Source of the DNA: a virus
Taxonomy: Duplodnaviria > Heunggongvirae > Uroviricota > Caudoviricetes
Direction: 5' to 3' (one strand)
DNA length: 64,000 nucleotides
Virus record (IMG/VR): IMGVR_UViG_3300011008_000020
Part shown: positions 1-9,831 of the stretch, in pieces
Numbering within the stretch: the first letter of the stretch is position 1
Layout of the letters: every line of letters starts with the position of its first letter
Translations under genes and position numbers: made by a program
The notes under the pieces: model-generated
Seen by the model: the letters and a program-made list of their open reading frames with translations, nothing else
Databases searched by the model: none
What the model was told of the DNA's origin: nothing

Positions 1-1254
1 GAGGAAGTCGTTCTCCGGGTCGTAGTCGTGAATCGCGCCTTCCTCCTGCAGGTCGGCGTGGATGCCGCGACCGATGCCCTCCATGACGTCCCAGCCGTCC
101 GCGTCGTTGTCGAACTTGTTGGGCGGGAAGTTCGCACGAATCAGCTTCTTGTAGGCGTCGAGGGTGCGCTGGACGCGCATCTTGCGGTAGTCCTCGGACT
201 TCTCCTGATTGAAGGTGACGAGGCTGTTGATGTCGTACTCGATCACGACATTGTAGCTGTCGTCATAGGAGAAGAAGATTTCGCCGTTGTTGATGGCGGC
301 GACGGCCTGATCGTGGGTCTTGGGGTTCAGCACGCTGGCCGCGTCGGGGTACTGCCGGTAGGTGTTGCTCTCGGTGTAGCTCGCGCCAGCGGTGATGCCC
401 GCGATGAAGGCCACGGCCTGCTCCGCGCTGATCTCGGTGCCATCGTTCAGGATGACGCCGTTGGTCACGTTCAGGATGCGCTCGTAGTCGGCGGCGACGC
501 CGGACAGAACGCCGAACACGTCCTTGCCCGCGTCCTCGGCAAAATACTTGATCTTGCTGCGAATCGCGGTGACGAGGGCGGAGTAGGTGGTCGCGCTGTA
601 AGGGAACGCGAACACGGTGTAGTCCAGCGTCTCGGAGGCATCCAGCATCGCCGTGAAGTCGGCGTTGCTCATGGTGCCGTTCGTGCCGCCAGTCAGGGCG
701 GTGCCCGCGTTGGCAACCAGCGCGGTCGCGGCGGTGCCGGTGAAGTCGATGTAATCGGAGACACCAGCCAGATCGCCAACGGTCTTGACGCCGCTGTGGT
801 TCTCCACCAGAGTGTCGTCCAGATACACGGCCACGTTGAAGTAGCCGGTGCCGAGTTCGGCATTGGCGACGACCGCCACCTTGAGCTTGTTGCCGAGCGT
901 GCCGCCGTGCTTGGCGGTGCAGGTCAGCACCTCGCCGATGACGACGGTGGCCTTGCTGCCCTCGGTGGGGATGAACACGTACACGGTGCCGCAGCCCTTG
1001 AGCGTCTCACGAATGAGCAGCATCATGGGGTCGTCATCGTACACGCTCATGCCGAGCTTGGACAGGTTCGCATCGGGCGCGGAGGCATCAATCTTGATGA
1101 ACTCCTTGCCGGGGCCGTAGCTCGCGCCGATCAGCGGCAGGACGACAGCGCCCTCCAGATTGACCGCGACGGAGCTGGCCTTGCCGGACTTGACGTTGAT
1201 ATAGGTGCCGGGACGCACCTTCTTGCCAGACAGAGTAAAGGTTCCGCCAGCCAT
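1..1254 (-). CDS. phage tail sheath protein (N-terminal part; C-terminus beyond window start)
   Basis: Minus-strand ORF with AGGAGG RBS then ATG at 1254. N-terminus MAGGTFTLSGKKVRPGTYINV resembles contractile tail sheath N-termini. Position downstream of neck genes. Confidence 0.75.
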   Translation of the reverse strand, partial: MAGGTFTLSGKKVRPGTYINVKSGKASSVAVNLEGAVVLPLIGASYGPGKEFIKIDASAPDANLSKLGMSVYDDDPMMLLIRETLKGCGTVYVFIPTEGSKATVVIGEVLTCTAKHGGTLGNKLKVAVVANAELGTGYFNVAVYLDDTLVENHSGVKTVGDLAGVSDYIDFTGTAATALVANAGTALTGGTNGTMSNADFTAMLDASETLDYTVFAFPYSATTYSALVTAIRSKIKYFAEDAGKDVFGVLSGVAADYERILNVTNGVILNDGTEISAEQAVAFIAGITAGASYTESNTYRQYPDAASVLNPKTHDQAVAAINNGEIFFSYDDSYNVVIEYDINSLVTFNQEKSEDYRKMRVQRTLDAYKKLIRANFPPNKFDNDADGWDVMEGIGRGIHADLQEEGAIHDYDPENDFL

Positions 1255-1256
1255 AA

Positions 1257-1514
1257 TCAGTATTCCTCCTTCAACCATTTGTCGATATGTTCACGCATGG
1301 CCTCGACCGTGAACGTCTGCTCCGGGTCGATGTCACACGTTGCGCCGTCGTAGGTGCTCTGGGAAATCCCGAACAGGTTCCTTGCAGACGGACGCAGTTG
1401 CGCGACGGTAAAGACAGGCTCGGTGGACGCCGCGACAGGCTTGGCCGTCACGACAGGCTTGCCCTTGCCAGCCTTGGTGTCTACCGCCTCAATGGGCGGC
1501 TGCTCCTTGTTCAT
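1257..1514 (-). CDS. small hypothetical protein upstream of sheath
   Basis: ORF with RBS GGAGG before MNKEQPP; stop abuts sheath start. Confidence 0.5.
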   Translation of the reverse strand: MNKEQPPIEAVDTKAGKGKPVVTAKPVAASTEPVFTVAQLRPSARNLFGISQSTYDGATCDIDPEQTFTVEAMREHIDKWLKEEY

Positions 1515-1552
1515 GCCACAATCCTCCTTTCGCTCATTGCTTTGGTGCCCGA

Positions 1553-2059
1553 TCATTCTCCCGCGACGATGGCGTCAGGTGCGCCATTCAAAGCAAAATG
1601 CAGGCTTGATGCCTGCACAGTGCGTTCGACGGCCTCGCCATCAAAATCGGCTTCGTTGTAGTAGCGCGGGCTTTCCCAGCGAAGTTGGAGTTGCCACGCG
1701 CCACGCTCAACCTGCTTGATCGACGGGTCGAGCACTCGAAAGCATTTCCCGACCTCGCTCCCGTCTTCGTTCATAAGCGGTATGCAGTTACGCGCCCGCT
1801 TGATCGCTGTGAGCGCGGTCAGGGCGAGGTTTTGTGCCTCGCCGTCAGTCTTGTGAAACAGCTTCACGAACCACGTGTAGGCCATTTCGTAGGTGTTCAG
1901 GGAATCGCCGTTCGTCTCGATCTCCGGGGTGGGGAAGAAAACGGACGGGATGGCGAAGCCTTGAGGAATCTCCCAGTAGTACGGAGTGACGTCTTCAAGC
2001 GCGGAAATGATGAAACGCGCATAGCTGGCGACCTCCTGCTCAAGTCCGTGCATCGACAT
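1553..2059 (-). CDS. putative tail completion / neck protein
   Basis: 168 aa ORF, CAGGAGG RBS, located between HK97 gp10-like and sheath genes (synteny). Confidence 0.5.
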   Translation of the reverse strand: MSMHGLEQEVASYARFIISALEDVTPYYWEIPQGFAIPSVFFPTPEIETNGDSLNTYEMAYTWFVKLFHKTDGEAQNLALTALTAIKRARNCIPLMNEDGSEVGKCFRVLDPSIKQVERGAWQLQLRWESPRYYNEADFDGEAVERTVQASSLHFALNGAPDAIVAGE

Positions 2060-2075
2060 CGCCTCCTGTTGGTGT

Positions 2076-2594
2076 TTAGAATCCGCTGAAATACTTGTCC
2101 AGCCACTGTTGCAGCTTCGCTTCGAGGAAGTGTGGAATCATCTTCTCGATGATTCGCAAACCACTCTCCCAGAAGTGATAGCCCTCGACCCACTGTTGAT
2201 GTAGAATCATGCCGCCCTTCGCGCCGGGCGAGTAGACGAAACGGTCGCCAGACCATGAGCCGGGCACGAAGCGCACCTGAACGCCTCCGGGGTTGGCCCA
2301 GTGCCCGTCGTTCACCCACTGGGCGTAGTCGAGCGTGGAGCCGACCGTCAGCGTCAAGCCGCCGTCCGAGACCTCCCACACGTTGTTGCCGCCGCCCCTG
2401 CTGAACGATATAAGCATCAGGCGGGTGTCCACCGCGCCAGCGGATATGATCTCGTCCTGAATCACGCGCAGGAACTCCTCGCCAAGCCCCTCGAAGAAAA
2501 GGCCGATCTCCTTTTCAAAGGCTCCGCTGCCTGCTTGCTTCATCCGGGCGAAAAAGGCTTCATACTCGGACATGTCGATTGTGATCTCGGCCAT
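2076..2594 (-). CDS. HK97 gp10-family head-tail protein
   Basis: Start MAEITIDMSEYEAF; TAATG overlap with upstream gene; size and position typical of the gp10 family. Confidence 0.6.
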   Translation of the reverse strand: MAEITIDMSEYEAFFARMKQAGSGAFEKEIGLFFEGLGEEFLRVIQDEIISAGAVDTRLMLISFSRGGGNNVWEVSDGGLTLTVGSTLDYAQWVNDGHWANPGGVQVRFVPGSWSGDRFVYSPGAKGGMILHQQWVEGYHFWESGLRIIEKMIPHFLEAKLQQWLDKYFSGF

Positions 2595-2968
2595 TACAGT
2601 CCCACTTCCGTTCCTTCCCGCTTCACCCAAACGTAGATGTGGTGGTTGCGGATGTTCCTCGGTAATTCGGCGATGAATTCGAGGTTGGTTCTCTTGTCGA
2701 GAACCTTGTCGTTCACGCGGATGTCGGTGCCAATCGGCAACGTCAGCTTGATGCGCTCCTCGTAGGCATGCTCCGGGAGATTCTGCACCAATGTGTTCAC
2801 GGTGCCGCCAGAGCTGCCCTGTGCGAAGTGGCAATCCACGTCCGCCACGTCAGGGGTGTCCGGGTAGTTGAATGACGGGCTTCCCGGCAGGCCGTAGCCC
2901 GGAGAATCCTCGTCCCCGATGATGTGATACAGGTCGCACTTATGGTCGAAGAAATCTTCCAACGCCAT
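2594..2968 (-). CDS. head closure / head-tail adaptor protein
   Basis: 124 aa ORF between the gp6-like connector and the gp10-like gene; synteny. Confidence 0.55.
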   Translation of the reverse strand: MALEDFFDHKCDLYHIIGDEDSPGYGLPGSPSFNYPDTPDVADVDCHFAQGSSGGTVNTLVQNLPEHAYEERIKLTLPIGTDIRVNDKVLDKRTNLEFIAELPRNIRNHHIYVWVKREGTEVGL

Positions 2969-2981
2969 GTCGCAGCCCTCC

Positions 2982-3374
2982 TTACAGCTTCCGCAGCCGC
3001 ATGAACACGGTTCCGTTCGCTTGGGAGATCACGTATGGGTCGAGCAGCGAACCCAGTCCCATTTCCGTGAGCGAGACTTCCGAATCATTGGCCGTATAGC
3101 TGTAGTCGTCGAACGTCTCGCTGGTGTACTTGCGCGTGATCAGGTACGAGGAATGGGCGAAGCGCTCCGCCAGCAGTATCACCGCCGTCCTCACGCTCTT
3201 GGGAATCTCCTCGTACTCGTCGCCGGAGAAGTCGTTGTGGGTGTAGGCGATGACCATCTGCTCCGCTCGCACGATGTCGATGTCCAGCTTGTCGTCGTCA
3301 CGGGCTTTCACGTCCTCGAACGAGGAGTAGTCCCGCACGTCATCCGGGTAAACCCACGGTCTTTTCACGGCCAT
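2982..3374 (-). CDS. gp6-like head-tail connector protein
   Basis: 130 aa, immediately downstream of the capsid module; acidic N-terminus typical of gp6-like connectors. Confidence 0.55.
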   Translation of the reverse strand: MAVKRPWVYPDDVRDYSSFEDVKARDDDKLDIDIVRAEQMVIAYTHNDFSGDEYEEIPKSVRTAVILLAERFAHSSYLITRKYTSETFDDYSYTANDSEVSLTEMGLGSLLDPYVISQANGTVFMRLRKL

Positions 3375-3386
3375 GCGGAACCCTCC

Positions 3387-3788
3387 TTACTCGGCTTCTG
3401 CCTTGCGGATGGCGTTCACGATGTCCGGCTTCTTGGTCAGCTTGCCGAGATCAATGCCAACGGTCTCCGCGTAGGCTTTCAGCTCCGCGACCGTCATGCT
3501 TTCCAGCTCGTCCTCGTCGTCAGCGGGAGCGGCGCTCTCGGCGCTGGGCTTCTGGGTGACGGGCTTCTCCTGCGGGGCTTCCCGCGTCTGCGCAGGGGCC
3601 TTGGTGGCCTCGTCGGCGGGCATCTTGCCGTCTACGCGGGCAAAGTAGCCGCTGTTGATGCAAAACTGCGCGATGGCCTCGTCCTCGACCTCGACAAAGG
3701 GGTTGCGCTGGGTGGCGCTGACATAGCCGTTGCTGTGGCTCAAGCCGTGCGTCAGCTTCAAGGTAATCAATCTATCGCCTCCTTCCAA
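3387..3788 (-). CDS. hypothetical head-associated protein with C-terminal Rho_N/SAP-like motif
   Basis: 133 aa; C-terminal MTVAELKAYAETVGIDLGKL resembles Rho_N/HeH DNA-binding motif. Confidence 0.45.
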   Translation of the reverse strand: MEGGDRLITLKLTHGLSHSNGYVSATQRNPFVEVEDEAIAQFCINSGYFARVDGKMPADEATKAPAQTREAPQEKPVTQKPSAESAAPADDEDELESMTVAELKAYAETVGIDLGKLTKKPDIVNAIRKAEAE

Positions 3789-3833
3789 AACGAAGGAAGC
3801 CGCCTCGTGATGAAGCGGCTTCCGGGCAGGTCA

Positions 3834-4763
3834 TCAGGCCAGACCGTAGGCAATCGCGGTGGCGTCGAACTCCTCGACAATCGGGTCGAAGTCGAAGTGG
3901 ACGACGTAGAAGCGCTTGTCCTGCATGACGGCGGTCATGCCCTCGGTGGTCTTGCGGATGATGACGTCGTAGGTGTCCACGCAGATCAGGTTCTGGGGAT
4001 TGACCAGCAGAATCGCATCGGCGGGGAAGTTGGGGACGGTGACGATGGGGTGACCGGCAGGATTGTTGATCATGCCGTCAGTGACAGCGCCACCAGAGGT
4101 GCGGGCCTGCTCCACGAGGAACTTCTCCCACTTGGTCTTGCGGGACGGGGCCATCAGCCAGCGCAGGCTGTTGTCCGCGTACTTGTCGGGCAGCGCCAGC
4201 AGCATGTCGTAGAACACGCCATCGGTCATCGCGCCCGCGTTGACGGAGCCACGGTTCAGGGTGTGACCGGAAGCCTTGATCTGCTTAATCCAGCCATCGT
4301 TGACCTTCAGGAAGTCGTAGTCGGAGTCGCTGGCGTCGGTGGCGCTGTCAGCGTTGAGCATCAGGTCTTCACGGTCGATGCCGAGCTGGGTCGTCATCAG
4401 GTCGGTGACGATGCTCTCGTAGTTCTGACCCTCGATGTTCTCACGCAGGGCCTCCTCGGTGATTTCCCACGGCAGACGGACGGGAGTGGTGCTGTAGGTC
4501 AGCTTCCCGTGCTTCGGGGTGACGCGGTAGCCGTCGTCCACGTTCTCGGTCTTGGCCCGCAGGATGCGACGGTCGATGCCGATCTTGTCGATCTCACCGG
4601 CCTTGGCCCGGCGCTGGACGTGACGAATCAGGTTGCCCAGAGCGGTCTTCTCGAAGGTCTGCTGAATGAACTGCTGCGCCTGTTCCGGGTTCAACAGGCC
4701 ACCCGCAGCGAGGGTCGCGGTGGTGGTAGTACCAGCCTTATTGATCAGTTCGGTGTTGCTCAC
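3834..4763 (-). CDS. major capsid protein (HK97 fold)
   Basis: 309 aa, follows protease/scaffold gene; sequence character of HK97-family MCPs. Confidence 0.8.
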   Translation of the reverse strand: MSNTELINKAGTTTTATLAAGGLLNPEQAQQFIQQTFEKTALGNLIRHVQRRAKAGEIDKIGIDRRILRAKTENVDDGYRVTPKHGKLTYSTTPVRLPWEITEEALRENIEGQNYESIVTDLMTTQLGIDREDLMLNADSATDASDSDYDFLKVNDGWIKQIKASGHTLNRGSVNAGAMTDGVFYDMLLALPDKYADNSLRWLMAPSRKTKWEKFLVEQARTSGGAVTDGMINNPAGHPIVTVPNFPADAILLVNPQNLICVDTYDVIIRKTTEGMTAVMQDKRFYVVHFDFDPIVEEFDATAIAYGLA

Positions 4764-4799
4764 GGTATTGTCCCTCCATTCTATATGTTGTGCTTGGCC

Positions 4800-6205
4800 T
4801 TACAGGATGCCATGCAGGTAGTGCGTGGTCTCGGCCTTCTCGACGTTGCCGGTGGAGCCGTCGTCCATGCCGGTCGCAAGGCCGCGCTGCTTGAAAGCCT
4901 TGGCGATGCCATCCTCGATCATCTTCTGAACAGCGTCGGCGTTCAGGGTCTCGGCGGCGGGGGCCTCCTCGGCCTGCTTCTCGACGGGCTTGGTAGCCTT
5001 CTCGATGGCGTCGGCGATCATCTTCTTGACGGTCTCCTCAGTCATCGTCTCGGCCTGCTTCTCGACCTGCTCCTCGGCAGGCTGATCGGCGGGCTTCATG
5101 GCCTTCTGGATGCTCTCGTCGATCATCTTCTGGATGTCTTCCTTGTTCACTTCGGTTTCCTCCTCATCTTCGTTCTTGTCGTCGGTTTCGGCGTCGTCCG
5201 GCTCGTCCTGATCGTCGTCAGGCTCGTCATCGAATTCCTTGGCGAACTCGATAAGCTGCTGGGCGATGCCATTCAGCTTCTCCTTGTTGGCCTTGGACAT
5301 CTTGCGTCCGGCCTTCTCCACGGCGTCCTCGCCACCGTCAGCAGCATCGGTCGGGTGGGCGTCGTGAAGTTCCTTGGTGATGGTCGCGCCATTGTCGTTG
5401 AGAATCTCGACGATGATCTCGTCGAACTCCTCAAGGGCTTCGCGCACCTTCGCCTCGTCGGTTTCGTAGGCGGGTTCATCCGTCCAGTAGTCCCAACGAC
5501 GCAGCACGGTTTCCAGCGTGTTGAACGCAATCCAGAACTTCTCGGAGCGCACACGCTTCTCGTACTTGTCGCGCATCTCGCCCTTGACGATGGCGCTCTC
5601 GACGCCGAGCGCCTTCGCCAACTTTTCCAGCAGGTTCAGCTTGTCCGGCACGTCGCCGGTCGCAGCAGGCGCGGATTCGGGCGCGGTGGCCTTCTCAAGA
5701 TCCACGTCCTCCGTGGCGTACTTGCCGACGCCGCCCATCGACAGGCCGGTGATCTGGCCCTTCTCGATGGCCTCCCAGACGTCATCGTTGGCGACCTCGA
5801 CGGTCATCAGCCACGTGCCTTTCTGGATGGTCTCGCCCTCGATGACCTGCTCGGCCTTCGTGACGGAACTCTCGACGACGGTCAGGCCGTCCGCCTCCTC
5901 GAAGGAGTGCTGGATGTCGATCTTGTCGCCGTTCTTCATAAACCAGTGAGCGGCCTTTTCGATCTCGCTCTCGGTCATATAGTTGTCGTGGGCGTCCGCG
6001 ACGTTGGGTTCGTAGACGACGCCGGTGACGTAGTGGCTCTCGTTGTCCACCTTGATGATGCGACCGTTGGTCTGGAATCCCTGACCGCCGTCTTCCTCCT
6101 GCTTGGTCAGCAGAAACGACTTCTTGTTCGCAGCCTTGTCCACCAGCGACACGAACTTGATCTTGGCGTCCGTGATCTCAATGGACTTCTTCACATTGCT
6201 CATTT
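4800..6205 (-). CDS. prohead protease (XkdF-like) fused to scaffold-like C-terminal repeats
   Basis: RBS AAAGGAGGTGA then MSNVKKSIEITDAKIKFVSLVDKAANKK (XkdF/prohead protease-like motif). Acidic C-terminus with 3 repeats xQKMIxDxIxKAxKP. Confidence 0.7.
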
Positions 6206-6346
6206 GTGTCTCACCTCCTTTGCTGCATAGTGGTTGATGGTGAATTCTCGCACCATGCCTGCCTCCTTTCACGCAGTCGTCGCCGCGTCAAAGGACGCAG
6301 CAGAGGATTATAAAAAGCACCCACGCGGGAGTGCGGGTGCAATTTA

Positions 6347-6496
6347 TCATGTGGTCAATCTCGGAATGAACGCCATGAGGAAGATGATCAGCTCGTACAT
6401 GAACCGCCCGACGACCACCCCAAGCACAATGACGGCGAGGACGAACAGGCCGAGCGCGATGTCCGAAAGGACTTCGAGGGCTTTCGTGCGTTTCAT
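6347..6496 (-). CDS. small membrane protein (49 aa; absent from ORF track)
   Basis: GAAAGGAG RBS then ATG; hydrophobic core LGLFVLAVIVLGVVVG. Confidence 0.4.
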   Translation of the reverse strand: MKRTKALEVLSDIALGLFVLAVIVLGVVVGRFMYELIIFLMAFIPRLTT

Positions 6497-6705
6497 GTGG
6501 CGCTCCTTTCTTTTTCATTCCGTGTAAAAAAGGAAAGTTCGTGGCGCGGAAACGTCTCGAACTCTCCGTTTTTGCATTTTTAATCAATAATCCGCGACGA
6601 TGATGGTCGGCGTTACAGATTATTGATTTTGTTGTAGAACAGGTGACATCGCCTCGTGTCACCTGTTCTACAACGAGGGCTGCAGGTTGTAACCTGTTAC
6701 CTCAA

Positions 6706-8025
6706 TCATTTCTTGTCCTTGATGATGTCCTTCGCCAGCCTACGCATCTTGGCGGTGATGCAGCGATGCTCGCTCCATCCCGTGAAGTTGCCGTTGGCGT
6801 CGTACAGCGCCCGGTTGTAATGAGCGCCGCCGTTGCCGTAGGGGTAGGCCTTCGGCTGGCCGTGGTCGCTGTTGTCAAGCCGCATGATGACCTTGCCCTC
6901 GTCGTCGTAGTAGTACCGGGTGACGGAGCCGTCCGCGCCCGTCTGCTCCACCACAGCGTTCGCCTTGTCGGTCAGGCCGGGCGTCTGCGTCACCTTGCTG
7001 GTGGGCTTGAAGACGCCGCCGTTGCCGTTCGGCAGCAGGGTGTTGATGGGCTTGCGGTAGGTCTCGTTGCCGCTTCGGGCGCGGTTCTGCTCGTCCAGTT
7101 CTTCGGCCCATTTGCGATCATCGTCCGCGACGGCCTCCGCTTGGAGACGCTTGCGCTCGGCCAGCGAAAGGCCGAGGACTTCCTCGGAGACGACCGGGCT
7201 TGTGATGCAGTGGCAGTTGATTCGCTCGCCGGGCGGCAGGTTGGTGTCGCGTGGGTACATGGGCTTGTAGCTGCCGCCGTCCGCGCCTCGCAGGTCGAAG
7301 GGTTCCTCCTTCGGGACGACCTCGCCGTCCATGTCCACATGGTTCGGGCGGGGCTTGTTCCTGCGGCTTCCAGTGTGCCGCCATTCCTTGCCCTCGACGG
7401 ACGGGGATTGCATCATGGATTCCTGATTGGCGACGGAGTGGGCCGTCAGCATTTCGGTGAGCGCCGTCTGGCGTGCCCTTGCATAGCTGGTGCGGATGCC
7501 GTCGTCCATCAGTTCCCGCGTCACGTCCGCGACGCTCTTGCCCTTGCGCATGGCGTCCTCAAGGATGTTCTGGATTCCGTCGTGGGAGGTCAGCTTCATA
7601 ATCTGGCCGAGCTGCGGCGACCACTGGGAAATCCAATCGACGGTGCGCTGGCGCAGCGCCGTCACCACGAGGCCCTTGTCCACGGTCTTGATGTACTTGG
7701 TCGCAAGGCGGGGGATGACGGCGGAGAGGCCATTCTGAACGATGTCCTGAATGTCGTCGGCAAGGGCCGACGCTTCGCGGTACACGCCCCACGTGTTCTC
7801 GAAGAACTCGTCCACGCTGTCAGCCTGCTCAATCTGCTCGGCGACGATCTCCGTGTCCATGTGCATCGCGTCCGCGAGCTGCTCCTCAAGGTCTTCCGCG
7901 TCGCTGACGGTCTCCTTGGGTTCGACATATCCGGCGTCGTCCAGCAGGTCGGCCATGTCCTCGTCGTCCTTGGCGATGTAGGCGTCGATGGCCTTGATCA
8001 GCGCCTCGCAGGTTTCACACCTCAT
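6706..8025 (-). CDS. MuF-like minor head / head morphogenesis protein with ~150 aa C-terminal extension
   Basis: 439 aa. MuF/SPP1 gp7-like core with the RINCHCI (NCRC-type) motif. 4-bp ATGA overlap with portal gene. Extra C-terminal domain RYYYDDEGKVI...GNGGAHYNRALYD. Confidence 0.65.
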   Translation of the reverse strand: MRCETCEALIKAIDAYIAKDDEDMADLLDDAGYVEPKETVSDAEDLEEQLADAMHMDTEIVAEQIEQADSVDEFFENTWGVYREASALADDIQDIVQNGLSAVIPRLATKYIKTVDKGLVVTALRQRTVDWISQWSPQLGQIMKLTSHDGIQNILEDAMRKGKSVADVTRELMDDGIRTSYARARQTALTEMLTAHSVANQESMMQSPSVEGKEWRHTGSRRNKPRPNHVDMDGEVVPKEEPFDLRGADGGSYKPMYPRDTNLPPGERINCHCITSPVVSEEVLGLSLAERKRLQAEAVADDDRKWAEELDEQNRARSGNETYRKPINTLLPNGNGGVFKPTSKVTQTPGLTDKANAVVEQTGADGSVTRYYYDDEGKVIMRLDNSDHGQPKAYPYGNGGAHYNRALYDANGNFTGWSEHRCITAKMRRLAKDIIKDKK

Positions 8026-9818
8026 GCGCCATCGCCTCGCTTTGCAGGCTGCATCATAAACTGACGCATGGACGCCTTGGTGGCGGGCTGCTCCGGCACG
8101 CTGCCGAGGGACGGCCTTTCACGCTTCGTGACCTGCTTCGGGGTGGTGACAATCGGCGCTGGTGTCGAGGACTTGTCCTCTGCGATCTCCACCAGCGCCT
8201 TGCGCACCTGCCGCATGACCGCGATCAACTCAGCGTTGCCGGTCTGTTCGGCATCCTCCACGCGCTCGTCCACCTGTTCCATGACCTCCGGGGTCACTTT
8301 GCTTTCCGTCGCTTCCGGCGTTGTGGCGGGCGTTTCGGGCGTCTGCGCGGCGTTGTTGGCGTTGATTACCTTCTGGACGGCCAGAGGAACATCGGCCCAT
8401 TCGCCGGTGAAGTCCTCCGCCGTATCGCCGACCATCGTACCGGCCAGCCTGTGCGCCTCGTTGGGCGTCAGGCCACCGGCACGCTCGACGATGTTCAGAA
8501 TCTTGCTCTGGTCGTCGGGGTTGGTGATGTCCGGCGCTCGGAAGGTAATCTCGCAGTATTTGAACTGATATTCCGCCAGCAGCTTGCGGTTGATAATCCA
8601 CGCCATCTCCTGACGGTAGGGAATGAACACCTGCTTCTCTGTGACCTCCATCGCCGTCTGGGCGGTGGCGCGGTTGAAGTCGGTGGTGTAGCCGACGTAG
8701 AGGTCAGGCAGCAGGAAGGAGGACTGAACCTTCTTCCGGGCGTTGTCGATGTAGCCTTGGAACAGTTCGTCCTTCTGTAGCATTGGGGACAAATCCTTGA
8801 CCGTGATCTTCGGCGCGTTGTCCTGCTCGAAGCCGGTCTTGGTGTCGTTGACGCTCTCGCTCTCAAGTACCATGAAGGCGTGCTGCCCGGCGACGCCCTT
8901 GATGCCCTCCATGTACTCCTGCATCTTCTTGAAAGAAGCGTCGGATAGCGTGCCGCCCTCGATCATAATCATCATGGGCGTGTGGCGTCCGTTCTCGAAG
9001 TAGTTGGCGTTGAGGGCTTCGGCCTTGGCCGCGCCGTCCATGCCGGTGACCTGTCCAATCCAGCGGACTTCGCCGTATGGATTGTCACCAATCGGCAGCG
9101 CGATGATCTCGTTGGCTTGGAAGTTGATGTCGATGTTGCCGTCATCGATATACTTGCCGGTGCGCTTGTCCATCACGCGGGGGTCGCCGAACTCCTTGAG
9201 GTAGATCACCTTGCCGCCGACTTCCTGCCGGTACTTCCTGAACTTCTTTTTGCGGTTCATCGCCTCACCCTTGTAGTAGAACACAGTGTCAACATAGGGT
9301 TCGAGCGGGACGGTCATGGTGATGGTGGCAGGCCTGCGGACGTTGACGATCTCCACGACCTCCTTGTCAAGGTTGCGGATGACTTCGACGAAGGCGATGC
9401 CGAACCGCTCCCGCGTTGCAACGATGGAGCCGAACAGGTCTTTGGTGTCCTGATCGAGGGAGAGCAGGTCAAGGATGCGCTGGATTTTGTCGTACTCCTC
9501 GACGATCTCCGGGTGCTCGTCCTCGTCCCACTGCTTGTACTCGTCGAGGTAGTCGATGGACAGGCCGAATCCGCAGACGTTGTTCTTGTAGGCTGTGATG
9601 CACTGGGGCAGGATGGTAGAGTGCTCCACCAAAGTCTCAAGGCCGTCGAAGCTGTACGGGTGGTTCAGCCAGTCGCCAGCGTTGAACTGCTCCTCCGGCG
9701 TGACGGTGGTCTGGGTCAGTGCCTTCTTGACCGGCTTCTCGGAGCGCGGAACAGTCGCAGCGCCGTAGACCACCCTGACGCCGACGTTCGGCGCGTGCTT
9801 CTTGATTTCCTCGCTCAT
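8022..9818 (-). CDS. phage portal protein
   Basis: 598 aa directly downstream of TerL; portal-like size and composition. Confidence 0.85.
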   Translation of the reverse strand: MSEEIKKHAPNVGVRVVYGAATVPRSEKPVKKALTQTTVTPEEQFNAGDWLNHPYSFDGLETLVEHSTILPQCITAYKNNVCGFGLSIDYLDEYKQWDEDEHPEIVEEYDKIQRILDLLSLDQDTKDLFGSIVATRERFGIAFVEVIRNLDKEVVEIVNVRRPATITMTVPLEPYVDTVFYYKGEAMNRKKKFRKYRQEVGGKVIYLKEFGDPRVMDKRTGKYIDDGNIDINFQANEIIALPIGDNPYGEVRWIGQVTGMDGAAKAEALNANYFENGRHTPMMIMIEGGTLSDASFKKMQEYMEGIKGVAGQHAFMVLESESVNDTKTGFEQDNAPKITVKDLSPMLQKDELFQGYIDNARKKVQSSFLLPDLYVGYTTDFNRATAQTAMEVTEKQVFIPYRQEMAWIINRKLLAEYQFKYCEITFRAPDITNPDDQSKILNIVERAGGLTPNEAHRLAGTMVGDTAEDFTGEWADVPLAVQKVINANNAAQTPETPATTPEATESKVTPEVMEQVDERVEDAEQTGNAELIAVMRQVRKALVEIAEDKSSTPAPIVTTPKQVTKRERPSLGSVPEQPATKASMRQFMMQPAKRGDGA

Positions 9819-9831
9819 GTTGTTTCACTCC

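Noticed and set aside
28-1353. Long plus-strand ORFs (28-1353, 2967-6230, 6643-8064, 8982-9863, 12529-13929, 19311-20672, 32181-34349, 45344-46237, 49057-52974, 53263-54342, 55559-56584 and others)
   Set aside because: They are G/V/A/L/R-rich antisense shadows of well-supported minus-strand genes in high-GC DNA. They have no RBS and overlap the real genes completely.
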